From IMG/VR virus record IMGVR_UViG_3300034103_000446, positions 39,063-103,062 of that record: DNA of 64,000 nucleotides; one strand, written 5' to 3'. The notes beneath the pieces were generated by a model. It made no database searches and was not told the DNA's origin. It worked only from the letters and a program-made list of their open reading frames with translations. A program made the translations under genes and the position numbers. Position 1 is the stretch's first letter, and every line of letters starts with the position of its first letter. Below are positions 55,818 through 64,000 of the stretch, piece by piece. This DNA is from a virus.

Positions 55818-56467
55818 TGGAAAAACCATTCATTTATTCCGTGCGTGAACCTAGATGCGGCGGCACTCACGTAATAGAATTTATAAAAACTTTATACCAA
55901 CGAGATACAAGAAGAACATTGGATTACCTTGATACTCATGATATGAATTATATCAGGAATCTCAATAAAGAAATCAAACCCAATCAAAACATACACATAA
56001 TACGTTGTGATAGAAGAAACTTAGTAGAACATTTTTTTAGTTTGAAATTTATTGAGGTAACAACTAATTTCACTAATGTCAGATTCTATGAAACGATGGA
56101 TGACCATCCATCGCTTATAGCAGGTCTTGAAAAGAAAATAGTCATAAATGAAGAAGAAGTAAAAAAATATATAGGTCATAGGGTGAAAACACATCTAAGA
56201 TTTTTAAAATATACTGAAAAGTTAAACTCTACTACCATCTATTACGAAGACTGGCATAAAATATTTAGTTTACCATGTCTGGGTTTATATGATATTGACC
56301 TTTTGAACGGAATGCAGTATACTAAAAAATTGCCTGATTATAAAAGAACAGTATTTGTTAATTATGATGAGGCGGCAAGTTGGATAGAAACATACAAGAA
56401 TGATTACACTAAAGAACATAACCCTGAGAAATTTTTTAAGCATTGGACAAGTTACCCAAGCGGTTGA
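55814..56467 (+). CDS. Sulfotransferase-like protein (Stf0-like), inserted between gp47 and gp46
   Basis: REPRCGGT (5'-PSB-like), RRNLVEHFFS (3'-PB-like), IYYED; overlaps gp46 by 68 nt. Confidence 0.5.
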   Translation: MMEKPFIYSVREPRCGGTHVIEFIKTLYQRDTRRTLDYLDTHDMNYIRNLNKEIKPNQNIHIIRCDRRNLVEHFFSLKFIEVTTNFTNVRFYETMDDHPSLIAGLEKKIVINEEEVKKYIGHRVKTHLRFLKYTEKLNSTTIYYEDWHKIFSLPCLGLYDIDLLNGMQYTKKLPDYKRTVFVNYDEAASWIETYKNDYTKEHNPEKFFKHWTSYPSG

Positions 56468-58472
56468 CTTTGACAAGAAAGACATTACATTAATTCTAGG
56501 TGAGAACTTAGACTTAGGCGGTGATGGTGCTCGTAACGGCACTGGTAAAACTACGTTGATTCAAGGACTGTGTTATGCACTGTTCGGTCAGCCTATCAAT
56601 AACATTCGTAAGGACAACCTAGTTAATCGTACCAATACAAAAGGTATGATAGTTACACTTGAGTTCAATATAAACGGCACAGATTATAAAATTGAACGAG
56701 GTCGTAAGCCTAATGTATTAAAATTTTATGTAAACAACGTACATCAAAAAGCGTCAGAAGATCAACAGGGTGAGAACAAAGAAACTCAGGCATTCATTGA
56801 ACGAGTCATCAACATGTCTCTTGATATGTTTCGTCACATCGTTGTATTGAATACCTATTCAGAGCCATTTCTTGCCTTGAAAAACAATGAACAAAAAGAT
56901 ATCATTGAACAGTTATTAGGTATCACTTTACTATCTGAAAAAGCAGATATAGTTAAAGAAATGATTCGCAAGAGTAAAGATGACATACAACAAGAAGAAT
57001 TTAGAATCAAGGCAACAGAAGAAGCCAACAAGCGAGTCAAAGAACAAATTGATGCACTGAAGCGTAGACAAATGCTTTGGATTAAAAAGCATGATGAAGA
57101 TTTGAGTAGCCTTGCAGTTGAGTATGATGACCTAATAAAAATTGATATTGAATCTGAGTTGCAAGCACACAAGGATTTAGCTATTTGGAACAGTCAAAAG
57201 TTACAGCATGATACTTATACTGCTTTGATTGCAAGACAAACTGCGTGGATGCAGAAACAAGATAAAGATATTGATGCACTGAAACTAAAAATGGATGTGT
57301 TGAGTCATATCGATTTTACAGTTGAGTTACAGAGCCACAAAGATTTAGCTCTATACAATCAGCAAATGCAATTGAAGGCTGCGCAAGACCATAAAGTAGA
57401 TAGCTTACGTAAGGACATTACTAAAGAAGGTAAAAATTACGAAAAGCTAACACAAGAAATCGAAACTCTTAAAGAACACAAATGCTATGCGTGTGGTCAA
57501 GACTTCCATGACGACCAACACACAAGTGTGTTGAATAGCAAGATTAAATTATGGAACACAAGTAAAAGTCATTTAGATGATTTGAAGTTTCAATTAGATG
57601 AACTTGTTGCTAATCCTATAGTTGTAGGAGATAAACCTACACCGCATTATAAAACTGAAGCTGAGGCTGTTCGCCAATCTACTGAAATTGATAACATTAA
57701 AAAACAGATAGAAGAAAAAGAGCATGAAAATAACCCCTTTAGTGAACAACTTCTTGATACGCCTAGCGTCAATCTTGGCAAAAGGCCATCTACTTATTAC
57801 GATACCGAAACCCAAGCAGTTGAGCACAGAGCAAAGGTATCATCTTTACTATCACAAATTGAGGTCAAAGCGCAGGAAGCTGATCCGTATCAAGAACAAG
57901 TGGTTGATATGGAAAGACAAGCTTTGCAAGAAATAAAATTTGATGGGATTAATACTCTGACAAAGACAATGGAACACCAAAAGTTCTTACTTGATTTGTT
58001 GACTAGTAAGGATTCATTCGTTCGTAAGAAAATCATTGACCAAAACTTGAGTTATCTAAACACAAGACTAACGCATTATCTTGACAAGATTGGATTGCCA
58101 CATCAAGTTGTATTTAAAAACGATTTGCAAGTTGAAATAACTGAACTGGGTCGTGATCTTGATTTTGATAACCTAAGCAGAGGTGAACGTAACCGTTTAA
58201 TCTTAGGCTTGAGTTTTGCATTCCGTGATGTATATGAAAGTTTGTACGGACCTATAAACACATTGTTCATTGACGAATTGATTGATAGCGGACTTGACAC
58301 AATGGGTGTTGAAAACAGTCTTGCTATTTTGAAAGACATGTCTCGCCGTAGACAAAAATCTATTTGGATCGTAAGTCACCGCGAAGAACTAGCAGGTCGT
58401 GTACCAAACGTACTAAAGGTTATCAAAGAAAACGGCTTTACAACATACAGTAATGCAGTAGATATTGAATAA
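56400..58472 (+). CDS. gp46: Recombination ATPase subunit (gp46/SbcC/Rad50)
   Basis: NFLSIG, Walker A NGTGKT, zinc hook CYAC, signature LSRGE, Walker B FIDE, VSH. Confidence 0.93.
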   Translation: MITLKNITLRNFLSIGQVTQAVDFDKKDITLILGENLDLGGDGARNGTGKTTLIQGLCYALFGQPINNIRKDNLVNRTNTKGMIVTLEFNINGTDYKIERGRKPNVLKFYVNNVHQKASEDQQGENKETQAFIERVINMSLDMFRHIVVLNTYSEPFLALKNNEQKDIIEQLLGITLLSEKADIVKEMIRKSKDDIQQEEFRIKATEEANKRVKEQIDALKRRQMLWIKKHDEDLSSLAVEYDDLIKIDIESELQAHKDLAIWNSQKLQHDTYTALIARQTAWMQKQDKDIDALKLKMDVLSHIDFTVELQSHKDLALYNQQMQLKAAQDHKVDSLRKDITKEGKNYEKLTQEIETLKEHKCYACGQDFHDDQHTSVLNSKIKLWNTSKSHLDDLKFQLDELVANPIVVGDKPTPHYKTEAEAVRQSTEIDNIKKQIEEKEHENNPFSEQLLDTPSVNLGKRPSTYYDTETQAVEHRAKVSSLLSQIEVKAQEADPYQEQVVDMERQALQEIKFDGINTLTKTMEHQKFLLDLLTSKDSFVRKKIIDQNLSYLNTRLTHYLDKIGLPHQVVFKNDLQVEITELGRDLDFDNLSRGERNRLILGLSFAFRDVYESLYGPINTLFIDELIDSGLDTMGVENSLAILKDMSRRRQKSIWIVSHREELAGRVPNVLKVIKENGFTTYSNAVDIE

Positions 58473-58492
58473 TTTAATAGGTGTATTTTTTG

Positions 58493-58539
58493 CACATAAA
58501 TGATAAATACAATGTAAGAGTTGAAAGGACATTTATGTG
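58493..58539 (+). promoter_or_regulatory. Start-codon-sequestering hairpin with embedded late promoter
   Basis: CACATAAATG (58493-58502) pairs perfectly with CATTTATGTG (58530-58539), which contains ATG 58535; GATAAATA at 58502-58509. Confidence 0.7.
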
Positions 58540-59170
58540 GTATGTTTACGTATTATACGATCCAAGAAATAACAAGCCCTTTTATGTAGGGAAGGGAAAA
58601 AAGTATAGAATGTCAGCGACTATTAATACCAAGCAAGGCGGTAATCCTCTAAAGAAAAAGTTTTTAGCCGAGATTAAACTTGCCGGATTGAAGCCAAAAG
58701 TAGAGATAATAGCTGAATACACACACGAGTCTGATGCATTGAGTCACGAAAAAACATTAGTGGCCACTTACGGCAGAATCATTAAGGGAGATGGTATCTT
58801 AACTAATTATTCAGATGGTGGTGATACTAGCAATACCGGGTGGCTTCCTTCAGAAACGACACGCAAGATTTGGTCTGAACAACGCGCCGGAGTAAAACAG
58901 ACGCAAGAACACATTCAAAAACGAGTTACAAAAAATCTAGGTAAGACTAGATCACCTGAACAAAAACGCAATTGTTTACTAGCCAGTATTCGCAAGACTA
59001 ATCCCGAACTTAAAGTTTCTATCATTGAATCTTTAGAGTCTATCCCTTATCACCATGGATTGTATCGAAGGCTCGCTGAAAAATTCAACTGTCATCATGA
59101 ACTGATAAGTAGAATACACAAAGATATTAATTTATACAAAGAGGCATTAGATGGGTGGATCAAAAAGTAA
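58535..59170 (+). CDS. Free-standing GIY-YIG endonuclease with NUMOD3-like repeats
   Basis: YVYVLYDPRNNKPFYVGKG..R, E..L, LTNYSDGGD, then TRKIWSE..G/EHIQK..GKTRSPEQK. Start moved to ATG 58535 (AAGGA RBS). Confidence 0.8.
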   Translation: MWYVYVLYDPRNNKPFYVGKGKKYRMSATINTKQGGNPLKKKFLAEIKLAGLKPKVEIIAEYTHESDALSHEKTLVATYGRIIKGDGILTNYSDGGDTSNTGWLPSETTRKIWSEQRAGVKQTQEHIQKRVTKNLGKTRSPEQKRNCLLASIRKTNPELKVSIIESLESIPYHHGLYRRLAEKFNCHHELISRIHKDINLYKEALDGWIKK

Positions 59171-59732
59171 AAACAAAGGCAGTTCGTTTGAGCGGGAAAT
59201 CGCTACTTATTTGTCTAAACTATACAATGATTCTTTTGTTAGAGCTCCTCATAGCGGAGCCTATATAGGTGGATCAAATGCCTATCGAAAGGAATATCTA
59301 AGTGAGAACCAAGCCAAATCTTATAAGGGGGATATAATTCCACCTGATTCATGGACACGTTTCAATGCAGAAGCGAAGTCTTACGCTGATTTCCCCTTTC
59401 ACTTAGTACTTGCAGGAGAGTGCAAGCAACTAAATAGTTGGCTAGATCAACTCATGGCAGTAGCAGAACCAAACGATGTAAACATCTTGTTTATGAAGTT
59501 TAACCGCAAGGGTAAATTTGTTTGTGTTCCGTCAAAGCTTACATGGATCACTGATCAATTTCTATACTATACTTCTGACAAGTATAATGATTGGATTCTC
59601 ATTGAGTTCGATCATTTTTGGAAATACAACAAAGATTTATTCAAAACATACGCATCAGGCGCAGAAACAACAGACACCAAGTCATCAATCGAAAATCTTA
59701 AAACCAAAGATATCCTCTCTACCTTAAAATAA
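59151..59732 (+). CDS. Holliday junction resolvase (PD-(D/E)xK, Hjc-like)
   Basis: SKNKGSSFEREIA, SGA, GDI, EAK. Confidence 0.8.
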   Translation: MGGSKSKNKGSSFEREIATYLSKLYNDSFVRAPHSGAYIGGSNAYRKEYLSENQAKSYKGDIIPPDSWTRFNAEAKSYADFPFHLVLAGECKQLNSWLDQLMAVAEPNDVNILFMKFNRKGKFVCVPSKLTWITDQFLYYTSDKYNDWILIEFDHFWKYNKDLFKTYASGAETTDTKSSIENLKTKDILSTLK

Positions 59733-59760
59733 AAAACACTTTAGTCTTTAAATTTGTTTG

Positions 59761-60211
59761 GTCTAGGTACCTAGACTCTCCTTGAGATTGTACAGATTGT
59801 GCTGTGCCGTCAGATTCTGGAGTAGCAGAAATTAATTTTTCTGGATATACCGAGAAGGCAATCGACAAAGCGAACCTTCAACAAGTCTATAGCAACTTTA
59901 TCTTTAAGCTATAGAATGTGCGTTGCGAAGGCGTCAATTGAAAGATCATTGATAGACCTAACTACAGTCCCATAAACTTTACAGAGCAACCGGTAGCGTA
60001 AGAGTAGCAACAAATAGCTGACATTACGGGGAAAAGATAACAATGGATGACGGGCAAGTAAACCCTTTACCAATGGTGGTGCTTTTTAGCACTACCATGG
60101 CTTCAAGTGCAAGTACTAATGTTATGTTATCCATGATAGAATAAACAGTAATTAAAGTTAAACAGAATAAGAACGAGCGTAGCGAAGTTCTTAGATGTCC
60201 GAAGGACATCT
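59761..60211 (+). ncRNA. Candidate large structured non-coding element (ncRNA or single-stranded origin)
   Basis: The largest ORF-free gap in the window, holding at least 8 stems plus two long-range complementarities; G-U pairs favour the plus strand. Family not recognised. Confidence 0.5.
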
Positions 60212-60214
60212 TTA
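60193..60214 (+). terminator. Possible terminator hairpin between convergent transcription units
   Basis: AGATGTCC-GAA-GGACATCT followed by only a short T run. Confidence 0.35.
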
Positions 60215-60272
60215 TAAGAGAAACAAGATGTAAAGAATAAGCCGATAATTGACTAAATGAACAGTTACGGGT

Positions 60273-60503
60273 TTAGAAGAAGGGTAATCCTGACTTCTTA
60301 GTTACTTCTAAGTTACTATCTATAAGTTCTTTGAGTTGCTCTCGTTCGGTGGTGGACATATTCAGAATATCTTCATATGTCGCACCTCCCCTCATATACC
60401 ATGCCATGGACATGGCACTTTTCTTTATGTCATTGACGGCTGCTTCATAGCCTTCAATTAGCTTCTGTATGCCTTTGGGATCAAGGCGGAGAAGCGTTAG
60501 GCG
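60273..60503 (-). CDS. gp51: gp51-like baseplate hub assembly domain, probably reached by -1 frameshift from the upstream gene
   Basis: 76 sense codons RLTLLRLDPKGIQKLIEGYEAAVNDIKKSAMSMAWYMRGGATYEDILNMSTTEREQLKELIDSNLEVTKKSGLPFF*; first ATG is at 60413; not in the ORF track. Confidence 0.7.
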   Translation of the reverse strand, partial: RLTLLRLDPKGIQKLIEGYEAAVNDIKKSAMSMAWYMRGGATYEDILNMSTTEREQLKELIDSNLEVTKKSGLPFF

Positions 60504-61327
60504 AAAAAATCTGATGTATTCAATGTAAATGGTTGCTCATACTCATTGGCACAATGCACACACTTAATTCTCAATGGTTTAATTTCTGTTTGAGATTTCA
60601 AGTTTGCATTATGGTCACGCAACTCAACATACATATTCTTATCACAGTTATTCAAGAAATCTAAGATGAATTCTTTGTTATCTACTCTGGATGTAGGTGT
60701 CTCTATGTATTCAATCGCACCAGTCAATAGTTTAATTGTTAATTGTGTTACTTTTTTCAAAGCCTCTTGACCACGATTCTTACGAATTTCTTCATCGGGT
60801 TCGTTTTCCAACATGATAAACACTCGTTGAATTTCGATCTGACCAATGCTGGCCTCGTTCATTTCTTTGTATGACAGTGGCCTAAACTTGATTTTCAAGT
60901 CATTGACTTCTAGTTCAGTATCATAGTTACCGGGTCTCATCTGACTTAACATGTTGATGAGGTTTATACCATATTTTCCAATGTCCTTACATGCAGGGCA
61001 TTCGGATTCGATCTCCATATCATTTCCACCACCTGCAGCACGAATACCGATCAATATAGCATCTAAGTCCATACTGTTGATAGCCCACGGGTCTTTGATG
61101 TTTGGTACACAGCTTTTCATTAATTCTGCCATAGCTGTACCATTGTATAGTGCGTCTGGTGTTTTTGTAGTAATCTCATCTATCGCTGTCATAGGAAAGA
61201 TCGGGATCTCGCCGTTGTCGGGCATGTCTATTACTCCCTGCGGATAATATTTACCACCGCTAGGTAATTTTACATATACTGATGGACGACGGAAATACTG
61301 TTTCAGCGGGTTGTTATCTAATGCCAT
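60497..61327 (-). CDS. gp26: Baseplate hub assembly protein (T4 gp26-like)
   Basis: YVKLPSGG, PMTAIDE, IRAA, CPAC and CVHC zinc pairs, KFRPLSY, terminal DFFA. Confidence 0.8.
   Translation of the reverse strand: MALDNNPLKQYFRRPSVYVKLPSGGKYYPQGVIDMPDNGEIPIFPMTAIDEITTKTPDALYNGTAMAELMKSCVPNIKDPWAINSMDLDAILIGIRAAGGGNDMEIESECPACKDIGKYGINLINMLSQMRPGNYDTELEVNDLKIKFRPLSYKEMNEASIGQIEIQRVFIMLENEPDEEIRKNRGQEALKKVTQLTIKLLTGAIEYIETPTSRVDNKEFILDFLNNCDKNMYVELRDHNANLKSQTEIKPLRIKCVHCANEYEQPFTLNTSDFFA
60503..60509 (-). other. Candidate -1 ribosomal frameshift heptamer T_TTT_TTC
   Basis: X_XXY_YYZ in the correct phase, one codon before the gp26-like stop; the -1 frame opens directly into the gp51-like sequence. 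Confidence 0.7.
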
Positions 61328-61348
61328 TTTTGTTCCTTTTAAGTTAAA

Positions 61349-61388
61349 ATTGGGTCTTTACCCAATACTAAATACAAGTATATTTATT
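61349..61388. promoter_or_regulatory. Divergent control region with two facing late motifs and a hairpin
   Basis: CTAAATAC on plus (61368-61375), AATAAATA on minus (61381-61388), ATTGGGT-CTTT-ACCCAAT stem (61349-61366). Confidence 0.45.
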
Positions 61389-61398
61389 TGGCAAAATT

Positions 61399-64000
61399 AT
61401 GGATGAAAATAATCAAGAACTAAGAGAATCGATGGACCGATTAGCGGAACTGATGGGCAATAATAACCTATTGCTAGAGAATCAGGCTCGTATGATGATG
61501 CTCGGGATGAAGCAAGAGGACATTGATAAACTAAAACTAGAACAAGTTTTTGGTAGAAATTCTGGTGCAGTTGATGGCAACACTGTTGCAGTAGACCGTT
61601 CATCACGAGCGTACAAAGCAAATGTTGAAGCCGCTGAAGAATACAAAAAGGCAATGGACAACTATGTCGCATCGCTTAAAACTGGGGGAGAAGGATTAAA
61701 GAAAGTATTCAACAACTTAATTAGTCAAGACCCTAGTAGGTCTATGGCAAAATACAGTGATGGACTCAGCACATTAGGTGACGCAGTAGCTAAAACAGCA
61801 GAAAACTTTGGACCGTTAGGTAAAGCAATCGGTGCATCGGTTCAGTTGTTCACTAAAATAGCCGGTGCACAAATGCAACAAGTTGATTTGTTGTTAAAAG
61901 CAAATGATCAACTTGCACAATTTGGAACTGCAGGCTCATTCACAACTAAAGAATTGATGGATATGGCGCACAGCGCCGGTGTGACTTCCAAGAACATGGA
62001 CACGCTTATCAATCCAATCAAGAGTTTAGGACCTGCTCTTACTAGTTTGGGTGGAAGTACTGGTGAAGGTGTTAAAGCCTTTACTGCTATGGCTAAGATC
62101 ACTAATCAACAACGTGAAGAATTTCAACGTTTAGGTGTTAGCCAAGAACAACTAATTCAGAATCAAGCGGATTATGTAAAACTACAACAAATGTCCGGAA
62201 GGACAATTAGTAACGAAGCAAAAGATCGAGCAGCACTACAAAGAGCAAGTTTAGAATATACAGAAAGTCTAACGGCTCTTTCTAGTTTAACAGGACAAGA
62301 TGTTGAGTCATTAAAGAAAAAACAACAAGATGCTTCAAGGGCAGTAGAGGCACAGGTTGCTCAAATTAATTTGGAGACTAGAGCAAGAAGATTGGATGCA
62401 GCCGGCCGAACAGACGAGGCAGCTGCTATAAGAAAAGAAGCTCAAGGCCGCGAAAAAGCTATAAACACACTAGCAGGATTTGACGAAAGCGTCATGAAAG
62501 GTGCTCGTGAATTTTTAAGTACTGGTACATTAGTTAGTGACGAAGCACAGGCACTTGCACGTTTAGGACTAACTGATGAATTAAAGAAATTAAAAGCCGG
62601 TATTGCCGCCGGCGGCGATGCTGAGATGTTAACAGCTAAATTTCAAGACCAGTACAATAAAAAATTAATAGAAACAACAGAAAAAGTAGGATTTGCTGCA
62701 TCTAGAGTTCCAGAAATAGCTAAGAACTTTAGCATGAGTGAAAACTCAATGTCACAGGCAGCAGCAAAAAGAAACGATAGTTACGCAAAAGAATTAGAAC
62801 TATCACGACAAAAAATCGCTGAAGGTAAACAATCAGGCAAAGATCCGGCTCAAGATGCTAGAGCTAAGATGACTACTATAGAAATTGAAGCCGGAAAAGC
62901 ACTTGATAAACTTGTTGCTGTTACTAATCCATTACTAAGCGGATTTAATGCATTAACTATTAGTTCGACATTAGCTGCAGCCGCAGTAGGTGGTGTTGCA
63001 ATAGCTTATGGTTCAAAGGCTATTAAAGGAATTGCAGATAAGGGTGCTGATGCTGTCAAGACAGCATTAGGTATGGCTGGTAAGATGGCTGCACCTGTTG
63101 CTACAACAGTAGCTGCCGGCGCAGCCCCAGCAGCAGCCGCAGTAGCTGCACCAGCAGCCGCAACAGCAGCCGGAGCCGCCGGCGGAGCAGGAACCGCCGC
63201 ATCAGCCGCAACAGCAGCCGGCACTGCGCTTTCTAAATTGGCCGCACCATTAGCAGGAATTGCTAAAAATGCACCTTTAATTGGTTCAGCATTGTCACTA
63301 GGTACTGGTGCAATAAGTGCATATCAGGGTGTTAAACAAGCCAGCAAAGATGTTGAAGAAGGTAAAATATCTAAACAAGAGGGAAGTGTTAAAAAGGGTG
63401 AAGCTGTCGGTGGAGGAGCAGGAACAGCAGCCGGCGGTGTCGCAGGCGCACTGGGCGGTGCAAAAGCAGGAGCAATGATTGGTGCAGTCGCAGGACCAGT
63501 GGGCATTGCAATAGGTGGAATATTAGGTGCCGCAGTTGGTGGTTGGTTAGGTGGTAAGGGCGGCGAAATGATAGGTGAAAAAGTTGGCGCCGAAGCTGGA
63601 AAAAAACTAGCAGACACTCCTCAAGAAATAGCCAAAGCAGATTTAAAAACAGCAGAAGCAGCTAGGGAAAAGGCCGAATTAAATTTAAAACGTGCAGAAG
63701 AAGTAAAGAAAAAAGCAGAACAATCAGGTGACGAAGAATTTAAAAAGGCAGCAGAAGCAACTAGGAAAAAAGCAGAAGAAGATTTAAAAGCAGCCGACGC
63801 ATCAAAGAAAAAGGCAGAGCAAGATATAAAATCGGCTGATATCGCAAAGAAAAAATCAATTGAAGAAGCTGAAGCTGCAAAGAAAAAAGAAGCGGCGGAA
63901 AAAAAGGTTGCAGAAGAACTAAAGAAACTAGAACAAGGGCCTTCATTCCTAGATAAAATGTTTGGTTCAAAATCAAACAAAGAATCTACTAATCAACAAG
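61399..64000 (+). CDS. Tape-measure-like protein, 3' end runs off the window (>=867 aa)
   Basis: Absent from the ORF track. Open frame from ATG 61399 (MDENNQELRESM); helical Ala/Gln/Lys-rich body, Ala/Gly tract, glycine zipper GAMIGAVAGPVGIAIGGILGAAVGGWLGG, K/E/A-rich repeats; adjacent to gp26/gp51. Confidence 0.75.
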   Translation, partial: MDENNQELRESMDRLAELMGNNNLLLENQARMMMLGMKQEDIDKLKLEQVFGRNSGAVDGNTVAVDRSSRAYKANVEAAEEYKKAMDNYVASLKTGGEGLKKVFNNLISQDPSRSMAKYSDGLSTLGDAVAKTAENFGPLGKAIGASVQLFTKIAGAQMQQVDLLLKANDQLAQFGTAGSFTTKELMDMAHSAGVTSKNMDTLINPIKSLGPALTSLGGSTGEGVKAFTAMAKITNQQREEFQRLGVSQEQLIQNQADYVKLQQMSGRTISNEAKDRAALQRASLEYTESLTALSSLTGQDVESLKKKQQDASRAVEAQVAQINLETRARRLDAAGRTDEAAAIRKEAQGREKAINTLAGFDESVMKGAREFLSTGTLVSDEAQALARLGLTDELKKLKAGIAAGGDAEMLTAKFQDQYNKKLIETTEKVGFAASRVPEIAKNFSMSENSMSQAAAKRNDSYAKELELSRQKIAEGKQSGKDPAQDARAKMTTIEIEAGKALDKLVAVTNPLLSGFNALTISSTLAAAAVGGVAIAYGSKAIKGIADKGADAVKTALGMAGKMAAPVATTVAAGAAPAAAAVAAPAAATAAGAAGGAGTAASAATAAGTALSKLAAPLAGIAKNAPLIGSALSLGTGAISAYQGVKQASKDVEEGKISKQEGSVKKGEAVGGGAGTAAGGVAGALGGAKAGAMIGAVAGPVGIAIGGILGAAVGGWLGGKGGEMIGEKVGAEAGKKLADTPQEIAKADLKTAEAAREKAELNLKRAEEVKKKAEQSGDEEFKKAAEATRKKAEEDLKAADASKKKAEQDIKSADIAKKKSIEEAEAAKKKEAAEKKVAEELKKLEQGPSFLDKMFGSKSNKESTNQQ

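Noticed and set aside
54046-59170. GIY-YIG genes as intron- or intein-encoded
   Set aside because: The flanking genes (gp55, gp47, gp46, resolvase) are complete and no splicing motifs are visible, so the nucleases are free-standing.
60024-60209. 61-aa minus-strand ORF inside the structured element
   Set aside because: No recognisable motif or RBS; it runs through stacked hairpins that are better explained as non-coding structure.
59761-60240. Resemblance to RNase P RNA (TAAAC..GAGCAA), a group I intron (ACAGTCC) or a group II intron (GTGCG)
   Set aside because: Only isolated short matches: no GAGGAAAGTCC/P4 pairing, no P7 partner, no domain V hairpin and no interrupted host gene.
61397-63980. 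Ala-rich and Phe/Ser-rich minus-strand ORFs
   Set aside because: They are antisense shadows of the low-complexity tape-measure-like frame on the plus strand.
1-64000. Alternative genetic code or stop-codon recoding
   Set aside because: Genes up to 19.5 kb are intact under the standard code and coding density is near complete; the two gaps in the ORF track are explained by window edges.

Overview
This is a 64-kb segment of a large, AT-rich tailed phage with T4-like myovirus genes; no host chromosomal genes, tRNA, rRNA or CRISPR array are evident. Left (1-19434, minus strand): a tightly coupled operon of 17 genes, mostly for sugar and modification chemistry. It has three GT-A-like glycosyltransferases, four Twitch/SPASM radical SAM enzymes, a B12-binding radical SAM, a GDP-mannose 3',5'-epimerase, two SGNH-like proteins and five copies of a GT10-like 'E..TEK..HPF' domain. 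One of those copies is fused to a nucleotide-sugar dehydrogenase missing from the ORF track. The operon starts at a late-promoter motif directly behind the tail-fibre genes. Middle (19483-52962, minus): the tail/baseplate module, including a 6491-aa modular structural protein, gp6-, gp25-, gp5-like and hub genes. Right (53088-59732, plus): a gp55-like late sigma factor, gp47/gp46, two GIY-YIG endonucleases, a sulfotransferase-like insertion and a Holliday junction resolvase. These are followed by a ~480-nt densely structured non-coding element, a gp26/gp51-like pair joined by a candidate -1 frameshift, and a tape-measure-like gene running off the window. The strongest novelty candidates are the putative late virion glycosylation/radical-SAM tailoring system, the large structured non-coding element, the gp26-gp51 frameshift and the twin hairpin-gated endonuclease genes. 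All calls come from motif reading by eye; no database searches were run.
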